This document shows, one piece after another, positions 39,010 to 48,765 of a stretch of DNA of 64,000 bases. This stretch comes from Candidatus Nanohaloarchaea archaeon (GTDB taxonomy: Archaea; Nanohalarchaeota; Nanosalinia; Nanosalinales; Nanosalinaceae), in NCBI GenBank assembly GCA_014297435.1, contig JACOQA010000003.1:32001-96000 (forward strand). Reading direction: 5' to 3'. How positions within the stretch are numbered: position 1 is the first letter of the stretch; each line of letters starts with the position of its first letter. The notes under the pieces were generated by a model. That model was given only the letters and a program-made list of their open reading frames with translations. It searched no databases and had not been told where the DNA came from. A program made the position numbers and the translations under genes.

Positions 39010-39714
39010 TCAGATCATCCTGATTATGTAGATACCGGTTCCGATTATGCCTAAAACCAGTAGAAAGGTCAGATCTGACCCAGTATCTTCAGAAATAGTT
39101 TGACTCTCTCCGTCTTTATACCTTTTCGAGCTATTACTATCTGAACTCGTATTTTCCATAGTTATATTCTCTTTATCATCTTTCTCTTCGTAGGTATATT
39201 CGACCTCTGGATCCTTATAGCTATCCTCTTCGACCACTTTCGTATCCATAGGAACTAGTGGATCAACTTCTGCATCGAAAGTTTTATCGAGAACAGCTAC
39301 AACACGGTTGGATATAGAGTAAGAGGAATTGGTTTGTTTAAGACCTCTAACCGTTATAGGAAGTTTGAAGTTGTTATCGTTTCTGTAACGATTTACATCT
39401 AGATCTAAAGTTATGGTTCGGAGTTCGAAATAGTTGCCGTCTAGATAGTAAAGGTTTTCCGTATTCTCGGGGTTTTCTACAATACTTGGCTTTAGAGTTA
39501 TATTTTTACCTTCCAGGCTGAATTCTGAAGTGTTTCTGCTCTCTACAACGACTTGTAAAGGTTGCTCGCCAGTGTTAAGAAGCTGGAGATCCATTTTTGA
39601 GTCAAGACTGTTTATCCTTATGTTTGAGGAAGAATCAACGATTCCTAGGCTTGCTAAACCGGAAGAAATCATCCCTGGAATAAAGAGTATGATCAATATT
39701 TTTCGTTTATTCAA
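39010..39714 (-). CDS. Secreted protein with C-terminal TM anchor
   Basis: Signal peptide, LLNTGEQPL, terminal TM helix. Confidence 0.75.
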   Translation of the reverse strand: MNKRKILIILFIPGMISSGLASLGIVDSSSNIRINSLDSKMDLQLLNTGEQPLQVVVESRNTSEFSLEGKNITLKPSIVENPENTENLYYLDGNYFELRTITLDLDVNRYRNDNNFKLPITVRGLKQTNSSYSISNRVVAVLDKTFDAEVDPLVPMDTKVVEEDSYKDPEVEYTYEEKDDKENITMENTSSDSNSSKRYKDGESQTISEDTGSDLTFLLVLGIIGTGIYIIRMI

Positions 39715-39720
39715 AGCTAT

Positions 39721-41040
39721 TCAACCCGTTAAGTTGGCTTTAAAGTAGATTTTTCCGGTATAGTCGTCCTGTATTAATCCTTGAGGTATGTCAAGCCAGA
39801 AGTAGGAAATTATTGACGACCCTGGTTTTATTTGCTGATCTATTAGGCTGTAGTTCTGAGAAAGCGGGGTTTCCGTAGACACATCGTTGGTTAAACTATA
39901 TGATAGGTTGCCTGCGCCTATAGAATACTCGTTTGGTTTGCTATTTGATTTCAGAGGATCTGCTTTCGTCCAGAGCTTATCAACTGTATTGCTACGTTGA
40001 GGTACCGAGACTTCGTAGCCATCAGAATTATTGAGAGCTGGATTGTCCTCAGTTCCAGGCGATAAAGCTCCAAAGTCCATGCTGCTCCATCCCAAGTTGA
40101 TCAACGCAAGACCGGTTACCTCAACCAGCTTATCCGGCGAATCCTGTGAATCAATCTTTGAATAAGAAGAACTTGAGTTGATATCAAGCAGACGGAAACT
40201 TCCTCTCTCACCCGTCGAGTTTACATCCCAGCTCAAACTACAGGATTCTCCCGAAGACAGAGCACAGCTCTTTTCTGAAGAACCAGTCAAGTAGAAAGGC
40301 TTCGAAAACTTATCGGAAATTAGTGTATCTGCAGTCGAAGATTCGTTGTATCTGGGCGTTATGTAAACTGTGCCACAATCTCCATTAGAGCATGATATTG
40401 AAGCGTTAAGGTCGAATGTTTTGTTCTGCGTTACCGAGATATCATTCTTCGGATCCTCAAAAATGAGATCTATATTACCAAGCTTGGTTACATTAAGTTG
40501 ATGGTTTTCCCGACTTCCAGACATGTTAGACGAGTCATTAACCTCAAAGCTTTGATCATACAGTTGAGAAGACTGTGAAGATATGTTTACGATATATTTG
40601 GCATACATTACTTCTCCAGAGTTGAGCGTCCCTCCTTTCAAAGTATTCCAGGACACTTTTCCCGAATTAGAGGTTCCTGAGTCATAGTCTTGAGATATAT
40701 TATACCAGATCTTTTTCACATCCCAGGAGTTATCTAGACCGTCATGAAACAGGCTGTCGGACTCGTTTAGCTCCCATGACTGACCCCCCTCGTTTGTTAT
40801 ACGGAAATCGAACCTGTATAAGCCAGAGTAGCTCTGATTAAGTTCAAAGGTAGTGTTAAGACCTTCATCAATCTTGACGCCACCTGTCTCTTTCTGTGCT
40901 TCGGAGAGATATGTAACGTTGTGAACGCTTACTTGAGTTACGTTAGGCAGAGTGCCTTCAGTTGATCCAAAGGTATCTGCAGAGACACCGCCAGAAACCA
41001 GTATCGAAAGAAAGAGTAGAAGGCTTATCTTCTTATTCAT
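39721..41040 (-). CDS. Secreted multi-domain protein ending in a pilin-like domain (putative tip/adhesin)
   Basis: Signal peptide; Cys pairs; MDFGALSPG ... WLDIPQGLIQDDYTGKIYFKA at the C-terminus; no TM anchor. Confidence 0.78.
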   Translation of the reverse strand: MNKKISLLLFLSILVSGGVSADTFGSTEGTLPNVTQVSVHNVTYLSEAQKETGGVKIDEGLNTTFELNQSYSGLYRFDFRITNEGGQSWELNESDSLFHDGLDNSWDVKKIWYNISQDYDSGTSNSGKVSWNTLKGGTLNSGEVMYAKYIVNISSQSSQLYDQSFEVNDSSNMSGSRENHQLNVTKLGNIDLIFEDPKNDISVTQNKTFDLNASISCSNGDCGTVYITPRYNESSTADTLISDKFSKPFYLTGSSEKSCALSSGESCSLSWDVNSTGERGSFRLLDINSSSSYSKIDSQDSPDKLVEVTGLALINLGWSSMDFGALSPGTEDNPALNNSDGYEVSVPQRSNTVDKLWTKADPLKSNSKPNEYSIGAGNLSYSLTNDVSTETPLSQNYSLIDQQIKPGSSIISYFWLDIPQGLIQDDYTGKIYFKANLTG

Positions 41041-41077
41041 CTGCTTAGAACACTTTTCTGCCTCGATCTTATTAAAT

Positions 41078-41518
41078 CTAGATGAAGCGTATCGAGATGC
41101 CGGCAACCTCCCCCATTATCGCCACAAGCGCCAGCCACTGATATGAAGTATAGTAGGCTTCCAGCCCTGATTCCGTTGTCTCAAGCGATTCGAAAGATGA
41201 TCCTGCCTCATTGATTCTTCTGGCCGCAGTCAGAATCCTTTCAGCAACTGGTGTGCCGGTACGTGAAAGAGCATCGAGATCTGACTGGAACTCGTTTGAA
41301 TTGATTATTGCCGTTGCCTCCGAAATCTTTGCGTTTGATGATTTCACGTCCTGTAAAGCAGAATTGAAACTTAATGCGCCGTGGATAGATACGATTAGTA
41401 GAGCGGTGGATGCAATTATAGTTATCTTGCTCAGTTCAAATCTTTCGATTCCATAGGTTTCGTGGACGTCCTCTAGCTTCCTCTCGATGTTTGAAAGCTT
41501 TGATTTCTTGGACTCCAT
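41078..41518 (-). CDS. Two-TM membrane protein with coiled-coil loop
   Basis: TM-helical loop-TM organisation. Confidence 0.7.
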   Translation of the reverse strand: MESKKSKLSNIERKLEDVHETYGIERFELSKITIIASTALLIVSIHGALSFNSALQDVKSSNAKISEATAIINSNEFQSDLDALSRTGTPVAERILTAARRINEAGSSFESLETTESGLEAYYTSYQWLALVAIMGEVAGISIRFI

Positions 41519-41601
41519 AACCCGGATTTATTTGTGGCGGTTTAAATTGTGCACGGCAAGACACCGGGGTCGTTTAAAAATTTCCAGCCGTTGTTAGTAT
41601 T

Positions 41602-42006
41602 ATGGGAATAAAGCTTTGGATGGTTTTCGAGGCAGTAGCCGCTGAGAAAGCTGATGTAGAGGAATCTTTAGAAGATCACGTAGACGCTATGAAGTCCGAA
41701 GACGATATAGATATAATTGAAATTGAAAAGGACGAAACAGAGAGGATGGAAGATCCGCATCCAAGTCTTGACGAAGGCTACTCTCAAGTATTAGAGATGC
41801 GGGCAGAGTTCGGATCCTTCCCCAAGGCAGTAGAAACAGTAATCAACTACGGTCCGACATACGTACAGGTCGAAGGTCCTGACTCCTACACTATGGATCT
41901 GGCAGAGTCACAGGAAAGTCTTCAGAGTGTCGCGAAGACTATGCATAAGTACGCGCAGATGGGTGCAGGAGGAGTGCTTATTTCCAAAGCCGGAGACGAA
42001 AACTAG
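41602..42006 (+). CDS. Hypothetical cytoplasmic protein
   Basis: Acidic 134-aa ORF with upstream TTTAAAA; NYGPTYVQVEGP. Confidence 0.75.
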   Translation: MGIKLWMVFEAVAAEKADVEESLEDHVDAMKSEDDIDIIEIEKDETERMEDPHPSLDEGYSQVLEMRAEFGSFPKAVETVINYGPTYVQVEGPDSYTMDLAESQESLQSVAKTMHKYAQMGAGGVLISKAGDEN

Positions 42007-42031
42007 ACGGCTCAACACCGAGGTTTCACGA

Positions 42032-42922
42032 ATGAGGAAAACAGCGTTAATCGTAGGACTTATTTTTATGACAGCTGCAGCCTCAGCAACCATAGTTGAA
42101 TCCGAGGAGGTAAATGTTGATCTTGCATCCGGCGATGTCGAGGTCGATCTCTACATACAAGAACTTACCTCTTCCTCAATAAGCTACACGACGAGTTACA
42201 ATATTGAAGATGTTGAAGCCAGTATAAACGGTCAAGAACTTGATTGTTCTACTGAAAGCCTTCAGTTCGGATCTGAAATAAGCTGTGATACCGAAATGAG
42301 AGACAACTTTTCCGTCAAACTTAATTTCTCCTCCGACAACCTTGTCTCTACGAGACAGAATGCCAATATTCTAAGATACAGCCACTCTGTTTACAGACCT
42401 ACACAGGAATACAGAATGCGTGTTCTTCTCCCTCAAGGCACAGGACTTCTTGATGAAGACGAAGTCTCAATCCCTGTAGTATCCCCTGAAGATTACAGAA
42501 CAGGCAGCAACGGTCGCAGGATATTCGTGGAGTGGGATCAAAACCCTCAGCTTGGCGATACACTCAACTTTCAGATAGTCTATGATAAATACGAGAACTC
42601 GAACGGCTTCCCTGTGGCAATGGCTCTCTCAATACTAACGACTCTGATTGTTGCAGGACTTGGATACTTCGGCTACAAGAGACTGAACAGAGAGAGCGTG
42701 GAATCAGTCTATGACCAGCTTTCAAGTGATGAGATAGATGTGATTGAGCTATTGAGAGAAAATGAGGGAGAGATGCTACAGAAAGATGTTGTAGACCGAT
42801 CTGATTACTCAAAGGCTAAGATATCAGGAGTAGTATCCGAACTGGTTGATAAAGAGATAGTCACGAAGGAGAAAGAAGGAAGAAGCAACAAGCTACGAAT
42901 AGTCTCAAAATACTCTCATTGA
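42032..42922 (+). CDS. Membrane-tethered HTH transcriptional regulator (COG2512-like)
   Basis: Signal peptide, extracellular domain, TM, then LSSDE..VIELL..GEMLQKDVV..YSKAKIS..L..KEIV..EGRSN. Confidence 0.85.
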   Translation: MRKTALIVGLIFMTAAASATIVESEEVNVDLASGDVEVDLYIQELTSSSISYTTSYNIEDVEASINGQELDCSTESLQFGSEISCDTEMRDNFSVKLNFSSDNLVSTRQNANILRYSHSVYRPTQEYRMRVLLPQGTGLLDEDEVSIPVVSPEDYRTGSNGRRIFVEWDQNPQLGDTLNFQIVYDKYENSNGFPVAMALSILTTLIVAGLGYFGYKRLNRESVESVYDQLSSDEIDVIELLRENEGEMLQKDVVDRSDYSKAKISGVVSELVDKEIVTKEKEGRSNKLRIVSKYSH

Positions 42923-42923
42923 A

Positions 42924-43217
42924 CTAACGGCTTTTAGCTATAGGAAGTATCTGAATATTCCCGTCTTCAATTTTCCTGCATACACACTCAAGTTCTGTAG
43001 CGTTTTCTACTCTTTCGGACAAGTCTACTTCGATAGAACCAGGAGGATAACAAGCTATTGAACCGTTGAAACTCTGGTTCTGCTGTATAGTATTCTCAAT
43101 CTCCTGGCAATTCGAGACATTTGATCCAGGAACCAATAAGACCGAAATCAACAACCCGAACAAAAGCCCTACTGAGCCAACGGCAACCACTAACCTACTC
43201 CGTTCCATTTTCTTCAC
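42924..43217 (-). CDS. Small membrane-anchored Cys-containing protein
   Basis: N-terminal TM, four Cys (C..., CYPP, CVC). Confidence 0.65.
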   Translation of the reverse strand: MKKMERSRLVVAVGSVGLLFGLLISVLLVPGSNVSNCQEIENTIQQNQSFNGSIACYPPGSIEVDLSERVENATELECVCRKIEDGNIQILPIAKSR

Positions 43218-43962
43218 CTGTCGTGTTAGAGGTTAGGTTGTCTCTGGTAGAGTTCAGTATTTCGCGAATGTTTTCTGTACTTCTGTTAGTTGGTTCTGTA
43301 GCGTTGACTTGATTTGAAATAACATTTTCAAGTTCTTCTTTCGACTGGAAACCTCTGTAAACCTCTCCTTCGATTATAAGAGCCGGGTATGAGCTTACAT
43401 TATGATATTTTTGGACGAAATTAATGTGCTTCATATCTAGATCAGTGTCCAAGGGATATACTGCAAGCTTATCCTCGTACTCATCTCTTAGATAGGTAAG
43501 AACGGTTCCTTGGTCCTCACATGCGCCACAGTCTTTCTTAGTGTAGAGATAAATTACATCAACCATTTTCGAGTCGCAACTTTTCTCCAGAGTTCTTACC
43601 TCAATCAAGTTCTGCACAAGCAAGTTCATGTAACGCTTTTTCAAGGTCTGGTAATCTGATGCCTTGAACTTACTGGATCTTTCATGAGCCGCAACCTTCT
43701 TTCTGAGTTCTTCTATTTCAGGCTTTGAGGTATCAATCCAGTTTTCCATAGCTCGGCATTCGCTTGATTTAGCTTCTTCTGCAAGCTGGAGGCTTAATGA
43801 CTGAGATCTTTGTTCTACTTCAATCTGTTTAATGCTCTCTCTTAATTCAGCAGTCTTGTAATCTTGAAGTGTTATGCCCGCTGCAAGGATCACAGAGAAA
43901 ACTAGGGCTGTTGAAAGTACTGCAAGTATCAGATATTTCCAGTCAACTTTTCTGTCTACCAT
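43195..43962 (-). CDS. Membrane-anchored coiled-coil plus thioredoxin-fold protein
   Basis: TM, coiled coil, YLYTKKDCGAC, YNVSSYPALII. Confidence 0.8.
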   Translation of the reverse strand: MVDRKVDWKYLILAVLSTALVFSVILAAGITLQDYKTAELRESIKQIEVEQRSQSLSLQLAEEAKSSECRAMENWIDTSKPEIEELRKKVAAHERSSKFKASDYQTLKKRYMNLLVQNLIEVRTLEKSCDSKMVDVIYLYTKKDCGACEDQGTVLTYLRDEYEDKLAVYPLDTDLDMKHINFVQKYHNVSSYPALIIEGEVYRGFQSKEELENVISNQVNATEPTNRSTENIREILNSTRDNLTSNTTGEENGTE

Positions 43963-45173
43963 ATTTTCTTACCTCCTCTAATCTCCTCTAGAGCTGCCGA
44001 GATCCAGAATGCCGCGTAAAGCATTCCGTAAACGGTCAGGAACAGTATGTAGTGTACCTTTCTCTCCCACAGGCTTAAGTCCTCTTCCGATGTCCTGAGA
44101 CTGTAGTAAAGCATCACAAGTCCGGCTCCACCTAAAACCAGGTAGAATAAATGGAATATTGAAAGGGACTGAACTGATAGAGATAGACCTCCTATAGGTA
44201 TTGTACCTACCAGCATGAAGGTGTGGAACATCTGGATTATGCCTGTTATGATCTTGTAGGTCAGATGCGTAAGTAGGAAGACCGTGACCGTTATGAACAA
44301 TAGGTTGAACGGTAGTATAATCACCCCAAGATTACCGTATCTAGGATTGAACCAGAGCTCGTCGTATTCAATAATATTATTTATGTAGCCACGGTACCAG
44401 CGAGTTCTCTGTCTAAACAGACCTTTGAGTGTTGAAGGAGATGGCGTGTCAACGTATGCATTGGTCGAGTTCTTTATCTTCGCACCGTTCTTGTACATTC
44501 TGAACGCAACTTCCATATCCTCAGTAAGGGTTTCCTCATCCCACCCCCCTATTTCCTTGAGATATTCTGCATCATAAATACTGCCCGGTCCAGGCATTAC
44601 CCACTGAGAATCAAAGATTCCGAACAGCTTTCTCAAGAAAACATTGTATATGAACTCCGCCCACATGACTTTCTCCGACCACGTCTGAGGATTCTTAACT
44701 TTCATAGCAGGCGTTACACCCTTCACTCCATCTTCCTCGAAGTATCCGACCATAGCCTTTACCATTCCCGGTTCTGCAACTGAGTCAGCGTCCATGCAGC
44801 CTATAAGTTCGGTATCTACTTTTTCAAGCACTTGATTCATGGAATTTGCTTTGCCGGAGTTCTCCTTATCTACTATTTCAATACGGTCTTTGAATTGACT
44901 CATTTTCTCAAGTGTTGAGTCCTTTGAACCGTCGTTGATAGCTATAATCTCTAGATTGCCAGGATAATTCTGTTCAAGTAGAGAGTTTATGCACTCCTCA
45001 ACATATTCCTCTTCGTTGTAAGCCGGAACCAAGAACGTTACCGATGGAAACCTAGATGGAACCGGATCTGTATAGACGTCTTTCCTGTTCAAGAAATACA
45101 CTAATAGCCATAAAGATACCGAAAAAATCATAACTGCGAATATTCCGATGTATAGAATGTCGATTAACTGCAT
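43956..45173 (-). CDS. Processive GT2 glycosyltransferase (cellulose synthase/PgaC-like)
   Basis: VPAYNEE, DGS.D, GKA, DAD, TED, QRTRW; N- and C-terminal TMs. Confidence 0.93.
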   Translation of the reverse strand: MQLIDILYIGIFAVMIFSVSLWLLVYFLNRKDVYTDPVPSRFPSVTFLVPAYNEEEYVEECINSLLEQNYPGNLEIIAINDGSKDSTLEKMSQFKDRIEIVDKENSGKANSMNQVLEKVDTELIGCMDADSVAEPGMVKAMVGYFEEDGVKGVTPAMKVKNPQTWSEKVMWAEFIYNVFLRKLFGIFDSQWVMPGPGSIYDAEYLKEIGGWDEETLTEDMEVAFRMYKNGAKIKNSTNAYVDTPSPSTLKGLFRQRTRWYRGYINNIIEYDELWFNPRYGNLGVIILPFNLLFITVTVFLLTHLTYKIITGIIQMFHTFMLVGTIPIGGLSLSVQSLSIFHLFYLVLGGAGLVMLYYSLRTSEEDLSLWERKVHYILFLTVYGMLYAAFWISAALEEIRGGKKIW

Positions 45174-45294
45174 CTCTACCGCTGTTTAAATGAGGTCGAA
45201 TCATCTTCTTAAAATAAATTATTCCGACCCCGATCCTGAGAAAAATATCGCCGGGGCTTTTTTGAAGAGAGAAGACATGAGAATCATACATCTC

Positions 45295-46362
45295 ATGAAA
45301 ATCTCCGTAGTAATCCCTGCATACAATGAGGAGGAGAAGTTGGAAGACTGCTGTGAAGAAGTGATCCAAAGAAAGACTGTAGGAGAAGTCTTGATAGTTG
45401 AGGACGGTTGCACAGATAGTACGCCCAAGATTGCTTCTAGAATTGCGTCAGAAAACGACAAAGTGAGACACATACATAAAGAAGAGAAACTAGGGAAAGG
45501 AAGAGCTATTGAAATAGGTTTTGAGAACACTTCATCAGACATAGTATGTTTCATGGATGCTGATCTTTCGACCGATTTGTCCGCACTTGAAAGACTTCTA
45601 GAGGAGTTTGAGGACGGAGCGGACCTTGTAATCGGAAGCCGTTACATGAAGGAGAGCAGATGTGAGAGAAAAGCAGTTAGATCGGGTCTAAGCAGGATTT
45701 ACAACATTCTTGCGTCAAAAATGTTAGGTAATTCAATTAAAGACCGTCAATGCGGGTTTAAAGCATTAAGAAAAAGTTCTTTTGAAGAACTGAACGACTC
45801 AATCCAATCTAATGGATGGTTCTGGGACACCGAACTCATCTATAGGGCTAATCAATCAGGGATGATCGTAAGAGAAATATCTGTAGATTGGAGACCTTCT
45901 GGAGAGTCTGAAGTTAATATCGGTTCTGCAAGCCTAGAGATGCTGAGAGGTCTTATAGGATTGAAGGAAGAGCAGCATCCACGTTTGGCAAAATATGTGC
46001 GTTTTGCTTCGGTTGGAGCAGTTGCAGGCGTACTCAATTCAGTAATCCTTTTCACACTGACCGAGTTCTTGAATTTACACTACCTAGCAAGCTCTGCAAT
46101 AGCTATAGAGACAGGGATAATATTCATGTTCTTCATAAATAATCATTTCACGTTTGAAACTACGAAAAAAGGATTGGAGAATGTTGTTGAGGGAATAATT
46201 CGTTCAAACCTCGTCCGGTCAGCAGGAATAGGTCTTTACTTCATAACGCTCTACGCTTTAACTGAAGCAGGAAGCTACTACCTAATCTCTAACGTCATAG
46301 CTCTTTTCATATCCTCCATTCTAAACTTCATAGGCGAGAAGCGATTTAATTGGAAGGAATAG
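45295..46362 (+). CDS. Dolichol-phosphate glycosyltransferase (AglD/DPM-like) fused to GtrA-like domain
   Basis: VVIPAYNEE, GKG.A, DADL, VIGSR, D.QCGFKA, WFWDTEL; C-terminal four-TM RFASVGA...F..NN.FTF. Confidence 0.9.
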   Translation: MKISVVIPAYNEEEKLEDCCEEVIQRKTVGEVLIVEDGCTDSTPKIASRIASENDKVRHIHKEEKLGKGRAIEIGFENTSSDIVCFMDADLSTDLSALERLLEEFEDGADLVIGSRYMKESRCERKAVRSGLSRIYNILASKMLGNSIKDRQCGFKALRKSSFEELNDSIQSNGWFWDTELIYRANQSGMIVREISVDWRPSGESEVNIGSASLEMLRGLIGLKEEQHPRLAKYVRFASVGAVAGVLNSVILFTLTEFLNLHYLASSAIAIETGIIFMFFINNHFTFETTKKGLENVVEGIIRSNLVRSAGIGLYFITLYALTEAGSYYLISNVIALFISSILNFIGEKRFNWKE

Positions 46363-47578
46363 AGAGATTATAGATCCTGTAGTTTATACATGAGTTTTCA
46401 AAGCTTTTAACAATCTTGTAGTCTTTTTCAGAACTCATAACTGCAAATGATGCATTTTCTTCAGCATTTAAATCCTGAAGGGATTTCCATGGAGAATAAA
46501 CTGATCTGTCAAGCTCAAATCCCGCTATAGCCCAGTTATCAGTTACAATACTGCCTTCCAGACCTTCAGCATAATCAAGCGCTTGATGAAGTGGTTCTCC
46601 GCACTCATTATGAGTATTGTAATTAGCAGTTACAGCAATTCCGGAAGTGAGTATCATTAAAGAGGATACTGCGATAAACAAGTTTCTGTCTAGACCTCTG
46701 TAGGCGATTAATATTACAAAGGGTAGTGAGGCAAGCCAGTAACGCTGGAATGAATTTCCTGAAAACAGAAGCATGAATAATGTGTATGATAAAAGCATGG
46801 ATTTCTCAACGATGGGCGAGTCTCTCCATCCGTAAGCGGTTGCAGGCAAAAGGGTTGAGAGCACAGAGATCATAGACATAATACTTGGAATGGTTGCAGC
46901 AAACATCCCAGAACTTGACCATTTAGTAACCCGGGTCACATACATGACAACCTTTGAGAATGGACTTCCGTATTCAACAAGGCTGTAACCCATAAACGGC
47001 AGAGCTCCAATGAAGCCACCTCCGATATAATTTATAATCCCTCTCCTGTTATCAAAGACGAACGCTAAAGCCATTCCTAAGGCAAAGATAAAGAAGAGGT
47101 AGCGGAACGTAGCAGCAACCGACAATAATATTCCTGCCGAAAGAAAATTTCTCTTCCTATACATGTAAAGCGATCCAAGTATGAATAACAATGCAGGAAC
47201 GTCAGTATAGACTCTAGCCGACCAGTGGAGCATTAATGGGGCGAGACCGAAAAAAGCAGTTGGCAAAACCGGATCGTCGAACTCTCTTTCAGCCAACCTA
47301 TAGAATACGAGTATAGAGGCAATTCCGAACATCATTACTGCGAGTCTTGCTGCAAGTACTGAGTCTCCTGTTATTGTCCATATTCCGGCAATAATAAAGG
47401 ATATTGCTGCAGGTCGACTCTCCTCAAAGTTCCCCTCCTGTCCCGAAAAATGCTCTGCATTCAGTAAAAATGAACCCTCATCCCACTCTAGGAAGCCGTT
47501 GAAAGCGAAGAAACCGGAAATAAGAGTGAAGAGAATTAATATGATGAGAAGACGGGAATTGATATTTCCTAGATCCAT
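46346..47578 (-). CDS. GT-C fold glycosyltransferase (PMT/ArnT-like)
   Basis: EWDEGSF, SRP, VYTDVP, RYWLASLPF; about ten TMs. Confidence 0.82.
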   Translation of the reverse strand: MDLGNINSRLLIILILFTLISGFFAFNGFLEWDEGSFLLNAEHFSGQEGNFEESRPAAISFIIAGIWTITGDSVLAARLAVMMFGIASILVFYRLAEREFDDPVLPTAFFGLAPLMLHWSARVYTDVPALLFILGSLYMYRKRNFLSAGILLSVAATFRYLFFIFALGMALAFVFDNRRGIINYIGGGFIGALPFMGYSLVEYGSPFSKVVMYVTRVTKWSSSGMFAATIPSIMSMISVLSTLLPATAYGWRDSPIVEKSMLLSYTLFMLLFSGNSFQRYWLASLPFVILIAYRGLDRNLFIAVSSLMILTSGIAVTANYNTHNECGEPLHQALDYAEGLEGSIVTDNWAIAGFELDRSVYSPWKSLQDLNAEENASFAVMSSEKDYKIVKSFENSCINYRIYNLSIPSN

Positions 47579-47610
47579 AGGTCTTTTTACTGGACTTTCC
47601 GTCTTAAACC

Positions 47611-48765
47611 TTAGTCGTTCTTCATTAGTTCTCTGAGGAAGACTGTGGCGTAGCTTCCTTTCGGAAGATCGAACTTTACAGTCATCTTGTTCTTGTTCAT
47701 GTTGAGGTCGTCGTCCTCTATCTCCAGAACCTCAAAGTTTCTGAAGTCGGCGAACGCCCTTCTGTAAGTTCCTTCCGACCTCAGTTCAGGGAAATCTTGA
47801 AGCCTGAAGTCTTCCTGTTTGACTCCTTCTTCCTCAAGCACTTCTTCGATCATGTTTTCAGGTTTGTTGTCCTTCAAGTCGGTTTTAAAGCCTACTAGAG
47901 GGATTTCGTACTCCGGATCAAACCAGTCCTCTTCCAGAAGCTTTGAGAGAACTCTGTTGAATACCCATGACTGGTATGCGTGGACAAATAGCTGCTGGAG
48001 ACCTTCTGGAAGTCTCTTGATAGCTCCTTTGTAGTCTCCTTCGTTCTTTGTTATGTGGTAGAGAAGTGCCTTCTCATATCTATACTGCTCAGGGAATTTT
48101 TCCGCAGCGTCTTCAGGATCTCTTGTTTCCCATAGCTCATCTCTGATCTTCCTTATCGACTTGTATTCTTCATCGTAAGGCTTCGCGATATAGGTCCATA
48201 CTGCTTCCTCGAAGTTTCCTTTAAGAATATGTCTTCCGACCTGGTGAGTGATAGGTCTCGCGGATCCGAATCTCTGTCTTCCGAAGTAGTTAGGGAACTT
48301 GCCTTCAAGTTCTTCTACAGTTTTGAGAGAACGGTTTCTCAGGTCCTCGATTGGGAACATTAGTTGTCTGACAGTGATCTCGAATCTATTGGCTGATAGG
48401 TTACCAAGCCCGATGTAGTCTCCTTTTCCAACAACCTCCAAATCAAACTCGTCCGTGAATACCTGGTTCACATCCATTTCATCGACGCCTTGGATTGAAA
48501 TGTACTGTTCTGTTACAGCTCTCTTGTCTTTGTTTCCTGCGTATCCTATTCTGTCTTTTGAGATGTGGAGCATGTTGGAGAGCTTATCTATAGCATCCAT
48601 AGTTGTCATGTTCTGTTTTCTAAGTTTCACGATTAGATGGTCGCCCTCTCCTGTGTCATGGGAAGCCATCTCGGTGACTATGAAGTCGTTCACCTGTTCC
48701 TTTATCTCTCCTTTAATTCCTGTTGTTTCAGTGTAATACTCTAGATTCATCACGTCGTCCATCAT
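47611..48765 (-). CDS. truD: tRNA pseudouridine(13) synthase
   Basis: DFIVTE, YAGNKDKRAVTEQ, NRFEI, PNYFGRQRFG, LPKGSYATVFLRE. Confidence 0.96.
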   Translation of the reverse strand: MMDDVMNLEYYTETTGIKGEIKEQVNDFIVTEMASHDTGEGDHLIVKLRKQNMTTMDAIDKLSNMLHISKDRIGYAGNKDKRAVTEQYISIQGVDEMDVNQVFTDEFDLEVVGKGDYIGLGNLSANRFEITVRQLMFPIEDLRNRSLKTVEELEGKFPNYFGRQRFGSARPITHQVGRHILKGNFEEAVWTYIAKPYDEEYKSIRKIRDELWETRDPEDAAEKFPEQYRYEKALLYHITKNEGDYKGAIKRLPEGLQQLFVHAYQSWVFNRVLSKLLEEDWFDPEYEIPLVGFKTDLKDNKPENMIEEVLEEEGVKQEDFRLQDFPELRSEGTYRRAFADFRNFEVLEIEDDDLNMNKNKMTVKFDLPKGSYATVFLRELMKND

